From contig JBJOJS010000066.1 of NCBI GenBank assembly GCA_046046455.1, positions 64,861 through 128,860 on the forward strand: a DNA stretch of 64,000 bases. Direction: 5' to 3'. A program made the translations under genes and the position numbers. This DNA is from Actinomycetota bacterium (GTDB lineage Bacteria; Actinomycetota; Actinomycetes; S36-B12). This document shows, piece by piece, positions 58,678 through 64,000 of the stretch. Numbering within the stretch: position 1 is the first letter of the stretch; every line of letters starts with the position of its first letter. The notes under the pieces are model-generated. The model did not search any database, was not told where the DNA came from, and saw nothing but the letters and a program-made list of their open reading frames with translations.

Positions 58678-60219
58678 CTATCGCAGGAATACGCCAGCGC
58701 GCTCGATGAGATCGAGGACGGGCTGAGGGAGTATGCCGAGGATCACAGTGACGGCCACCGCGATCGACAGGGCCAGGGTCGTGAACGCCGAGGGCACGGC
58801 CACGGTGGGCGGGGTGTCCCCGGGATCGCGGAAGAACATCACCACGATGATCCGGACGTAGAAGAACGCCGCGATCACGCTGGCGATCACACCCACGATG
58901 ACCAGGGCGACCGCATCGACGGCCAGGGCTGCCTCGAAGACGACGAACTTGGCGATGAAGCCGCTGGTCAACGGGATGCCCGCCAGGGCGAGCATGAAGA
59001 TCGCGAAGGCAGTCGCCACAATGGGGTTTGTGCGGCCCAGGCCCGACCACTGGTCGATGCGCGTGGCCTCACCTCCGCTATCGCGCACCATGCTGATGAC
59101 CGCGAAGATGCCCAGCGTCGTGAAGGAGTAGGCGACGAGGTAGAAGATCGAGGCCCATAGGCCCTCGGCTGTCGCGGTTGAGACACCGATGAGGATGAAG
59201 CCCGCCTGCGCGATCGAGGAGTAGGCGATCATGCGCTTGATGTCGGTCTGGGCGATCGCCACGAGCGAGCCCACCACCATCGTGAGACCCGCGATCACCC
59301 ACAGGAGCGGCTCCCAGTCCCATCGGAGACCGCCGAAGGCGACGTAGAGCAGGCGGAGCATCGCGCCGAAGGCGGCGATCTTGACCGCTGCCGCCATGAA
59401 GGCGGTCACGGGTGCGGGCGAACCCTGGTAGACGTCGGGAACCCACTGGTGGAAGGGCACCGCGCCGACCTTGAAGAGCAAACCCACGACCAGCAGGGCG
59501 AGGCCGATGACGATGAGCGCTGTCTCGCCGGGCTTAGCCGCCAATGCGTCGGAGATCTCGCCGAAATCCACACTGCCGGCGAAGCCGTAGACGAGGGCCG
59601 CCCCGAAGAGGAAAAAGGCCGACGAGAAGGCACCCAGGATGAAGTACTTGAGCGCAGCCTCCTGCGAGAGCAGACGGCGCCGGCGAGCCATCCCCGCGAG
59701 GAGATACAGCGGGAGCGACATGACCTCCAGGGCGACGAACATCACGAGCAGGTTGGTCGACGTGACGAAGAGGAGCATGCCGACAACGGCGAAGAGGAAG
59801 AGGGGCCACACCTCGGTCTGGAGGTATCCGCGGCGAGTGAGCTCACGCTCGTCCAAGGACCCGGGCAGTGCCGAGGCTCGCGGGGCGAAGGCATCACCCG
59901 CGGGATCGAGTTGACGCTCCGCGAGGAGCATCGCCGCGACGAACGCGACGACGAGCACGAGGCCCATGAGTAGGACTCCGGGGCCGTCGATCGCCAAGGC
60001 ACCTTCGACCTCGAGGGAGCGCGTGCCCGATTGCCACACGAGGGCGGCGAAGGCGGCTGCCAGCGAACCGAAGGCCAGAACGAGTTGGACCGGCCTGCGC
60101 GCGCGTCGACCCACGAAGGTCTCGACGATGACACCGAGGACCGCCGCGGCGCCCACGATGATCATGGGCAGCAGCGCGAGGTAGTTGATGTCGGGTGCGA
60201 CCATCACGTCGGGATTCAC
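58678..60219 (-). CDS. nuoN: NADH-quinone oxidoreductase subunit N
   Basis: 513-aa polytopic antiporter-like subunit, joined to nuoM by a 4-nt overlap and last in the nuo operon order. Confidence 0.93.
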   Translation of the reverse strand: MNPDVMVAPDINYLALLPMIIVGAAAVLGVIVETFVGRRARRPVQLVLAFGSLAAAFAALVWQSGTRSLEVEGALAIDGPGVLLMGLVLVVAFVAAMLLAERQLDPAGDAFAPRASALPGSLDERELTRRGYLQTEVWPLFLFAVVGMLLFVTSTNLLVMFVALEVMSLPLYLLAGMARRRRLLSQEAALKYFILGAFSSAFFLFGAALVYGFAGSVDFGEISDALAAKPGETALIVIGLALLVVGLLFKVGAVPFHQWVPDVYQGSPAPVTAFMAAAVKIAAFGAMLRLLYVAFGGLRWDWEPLLWVIAGLTMVVGSLVAIAQTDIKRMIAYSSIAQAGFILIGVSTATAEGLWASIFYLVAYSFTTLGIFAVISMVRDSGGEATRIDQWSGLGRTNPIVATAFAIFMLALAGIPLTSGFIAKFVVFEAALAVDAVALVIVGVIASVIAAFFYVRIIVVMFFRDPGDTPPTVAVPSAFTTLALSIAVAVTVILGILPQPVLDLIERAGVFLR

Positions 60220-61747
60220 TGCTCACCTCCCGCCGGGGCCAGGGCAGGCTCGGGGTCGGTCATGCCGATCGTGTCCATGACCCGGTCGACCGCAGGGTTG
60301 ACCACGTCGAGCACGGGCGCAGGGAAGATGCCCAGGACGAGGGTGAGCAGCACGATGGGCACCAGGGCGGTGACCTCGCGACCCTTCAGGTCGGTGATCC
60401 CCTCCACGTGCACCGAGGTCGGGCCTGTCGCAACCTTCTGGTAGAGCCTCAGTGCGTACGCAGCCGCCAGGACGATGCCCAGAGTCGCGATCACGGCGAC
60501 CACGACGTAGCGGGCGAAGGTGCCGAGCAGCACGAGGAACTCTCCGGCGAAGCTCGCCAGGCCCGGGAGCGCGATAGCTGACATCGCGGCGAAGAGGAAG
60601 AAGCCGGCGAGGACCGGGGCGACCTTGTTGACGCCGCCGTACGTCGCGATCGCGCTCGAGCCGCCCGCGCGCTGCATGAGGAAGCCCGCGGTGAGGAAGA
60701 GCGCCGCAGTCGAGAGGCCGTGGCCCAGCATGTAGAGGGTGGAGCCGGACATCGACCATGTGGTGAAGACGAAGATGCCCAGCGCGATGAAGCCGAAGTG
60801 CGACATGGAGCTATAGGCGAAGAGTCGCTTCATGTCGGTCTGGCCGAGAGCCACGAGTGCGCCGTAGATGATGCCGATGACGGCGAGAGCGATCACCAGT
60901 GGCGCGTAGAACTCCGACGCCGACGGGAAGATCGGCAGGAGGTAGCGGATCATGCCGAAGGTGCCGACCTTGTCGAGCACACCGATGAGGAGCACCGCGG
61001 TCGCGGGAGTGGACTCCTTGGCGGCGTCGGGCAGCCAGGTGTGGAAGGGCCACAGCGGCGCCTTGATCGCGAAGGCGATGAAGAACCCGAGGAAGAGGAT
61101 CTTCTGGGTGGTCGGGTCGATGTCGAGGCCGACGAGCGCCGCGAAGTCGAAGGTGCCCTGCCCGAGCTGCTGTGCGGAGACGACGTAGAGGCCGATGAGG
61201 GCCGCAAGCATGAGCAGGCCGCCCACAAGGCTGTAGATGAGGAACTTCACCGCCGCGTAGGACCTGTTGGGGCCGCCGTAGCGCCCGATCAGGAAGTAGA
61301 TCGGGATGAGCATGACCTCGAAGAGGACATAGAAGAGGAAGACATCGGTCGCGGCGAAGACGCCGATCATGAGCGTCTCGAGGACGAGGATGAGCGCGAA
61401 GTAGCCCTTGACGCTGCGCCCGTCCTCCACGTCGTTCCAGCCCGCCAGGATGGTGACCGGCACGAGGGTGGTCGCCAGGGCGACGAGCACGAGGCCGATG
61501 CCGTCGACGCCCACGCTGTAGGAGATGCCGAACGCCGGGATCCAGGGGTAGCTCTCGACGAACTGGAAGGCGGCGGTGGACTCGGCATCGAACTGCAGCC
61601 CCATCACAACGGTGAAGACGAGTGCGGCCATCGAGAAGACCAGTGCGGCCTGCTTGATGAGCCGGACGTTGTCACGCGGCAGGACCATGAGCACGAGGGC
61701 GCCGACCAGCGGGATGACGCCCAGGATCGTGAGCCAGGGGATCGTCG

Positions 61748-61751
<4 letters not shown>
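60216..61751 (-). CDS. nuoM: NADH-quinone oxidoreductase subunit M
   Basis: 511 aa. [24 protein letters not shown] is the antiporter-like subunit motif. Confidence 0.94.
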
Positions 61752-63697
<1,946 letters not shown>

Positions 63698-63753
63698 GGC
63701 GCCTCCTTCTTGATCACGTCATGTCCTTCGTCGTGCCCGGGTGCGGGCGGTCG

Positions 63754-64000
63754 TCAGTACTTGAGCAGGTTGGGTTCGTCGATGGAGGCGGAGCGGCGCG
63801 AACGGTAGATCGCGACGATGATCGCCAGGCCCACGACCACCTCGGCGGCGGCAACCACCATCACGAAGAAGGCGATCACCTGCCCCTCGAGGTTGCCCTG
63901 CATGCGAGCGAAGGCGACGAAGGCCAGATTGGCCGCGTTGAGCATGAGCTCGATCGACATGAAGACGACGATCGCGTTGCGGCGCACGAGCACCCCGACT
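63754..64000 (-). CDS. nuoK: NADH-quinone oxidoreductase subunit K (3' part; start beyond the right edge)
   Basis: ...[28 protein letters not shown]...[23 protein letters not shown] matches NuoK. The reading frame stays open to the window end. Confidence 0.92.
   Translation of the reverse strand, partial: VGVLVRRNAIVVFMSIELMLNAANLAFVAFARMQGNLEGQVIAFFVMVVAAAEVVVGLAIIVAIYRSRRSASIDEPNLLKY

Overview
High-GC (about 68-70%) actinobacterial chromosome segment. EF-Tu and RpoB N-terminal similarity suggests a Propionibacteriales-like organism, but this is inference only. About 85% of the window is the conserved translation/transcription supercluster, almost all on the minus strand. Read in the direction of transcription (right to left) it contains: nuoK(partial)-L-M-N and a polyprenyl synthase; tRNA-Thr, tRNA-Met, rpmG, a hadA/hadB-like dehydratase pair and murB; tRNA-Trp, secE, nusG, rplK, rplA; rplJ, rplL; rpoB, rpoC; a DUF4190-like membrane protein; rpsL, rpsG, fusA, tuf; the S10, spc and alpha operons (rpsJ through rplQ, including secY, adk, map, infA, rpmJ); then truA, an ABC-F ATPase, rplM, rpsI and glmM (partial). 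Many junctions use 4-nt ATGA/GTGA stop-start overlaps. Two small accessory pockets interrupt the core. The first (42.3-49.6 kb) carries an SDR, a Zn-dehydrogenase, an OmpR-type wHTH regulator with reversed domain order, a secreted Asp-box propeller protein, tRNA-Tyr, a GMC oxidoreductase, a HAD hydrolase and yajQ. The second (49.6-57.6 kb) carries an orphan nuoB/nuoC/nuoI-like trio plus a small membrane protein divergent from korAB, then rarD, a GAF-LuxR regulator and an acyl-CoA dehydrogenase. I found no CRISPR array, transposase, integrase, phage gene or recognisable defence system. The most unusual item is the NuoBCI-like module next to korAB. Other observations are a nested palindrome/tandem-repeat element between aspC and murB, several short tandem repeats, an apparent non-canonical start for rarD and an unusual L10 tail. 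The many long ORFs antisense to real genes are high-GC artefacts. All calls come from reading the sequence and ORF translations; no database search was run.
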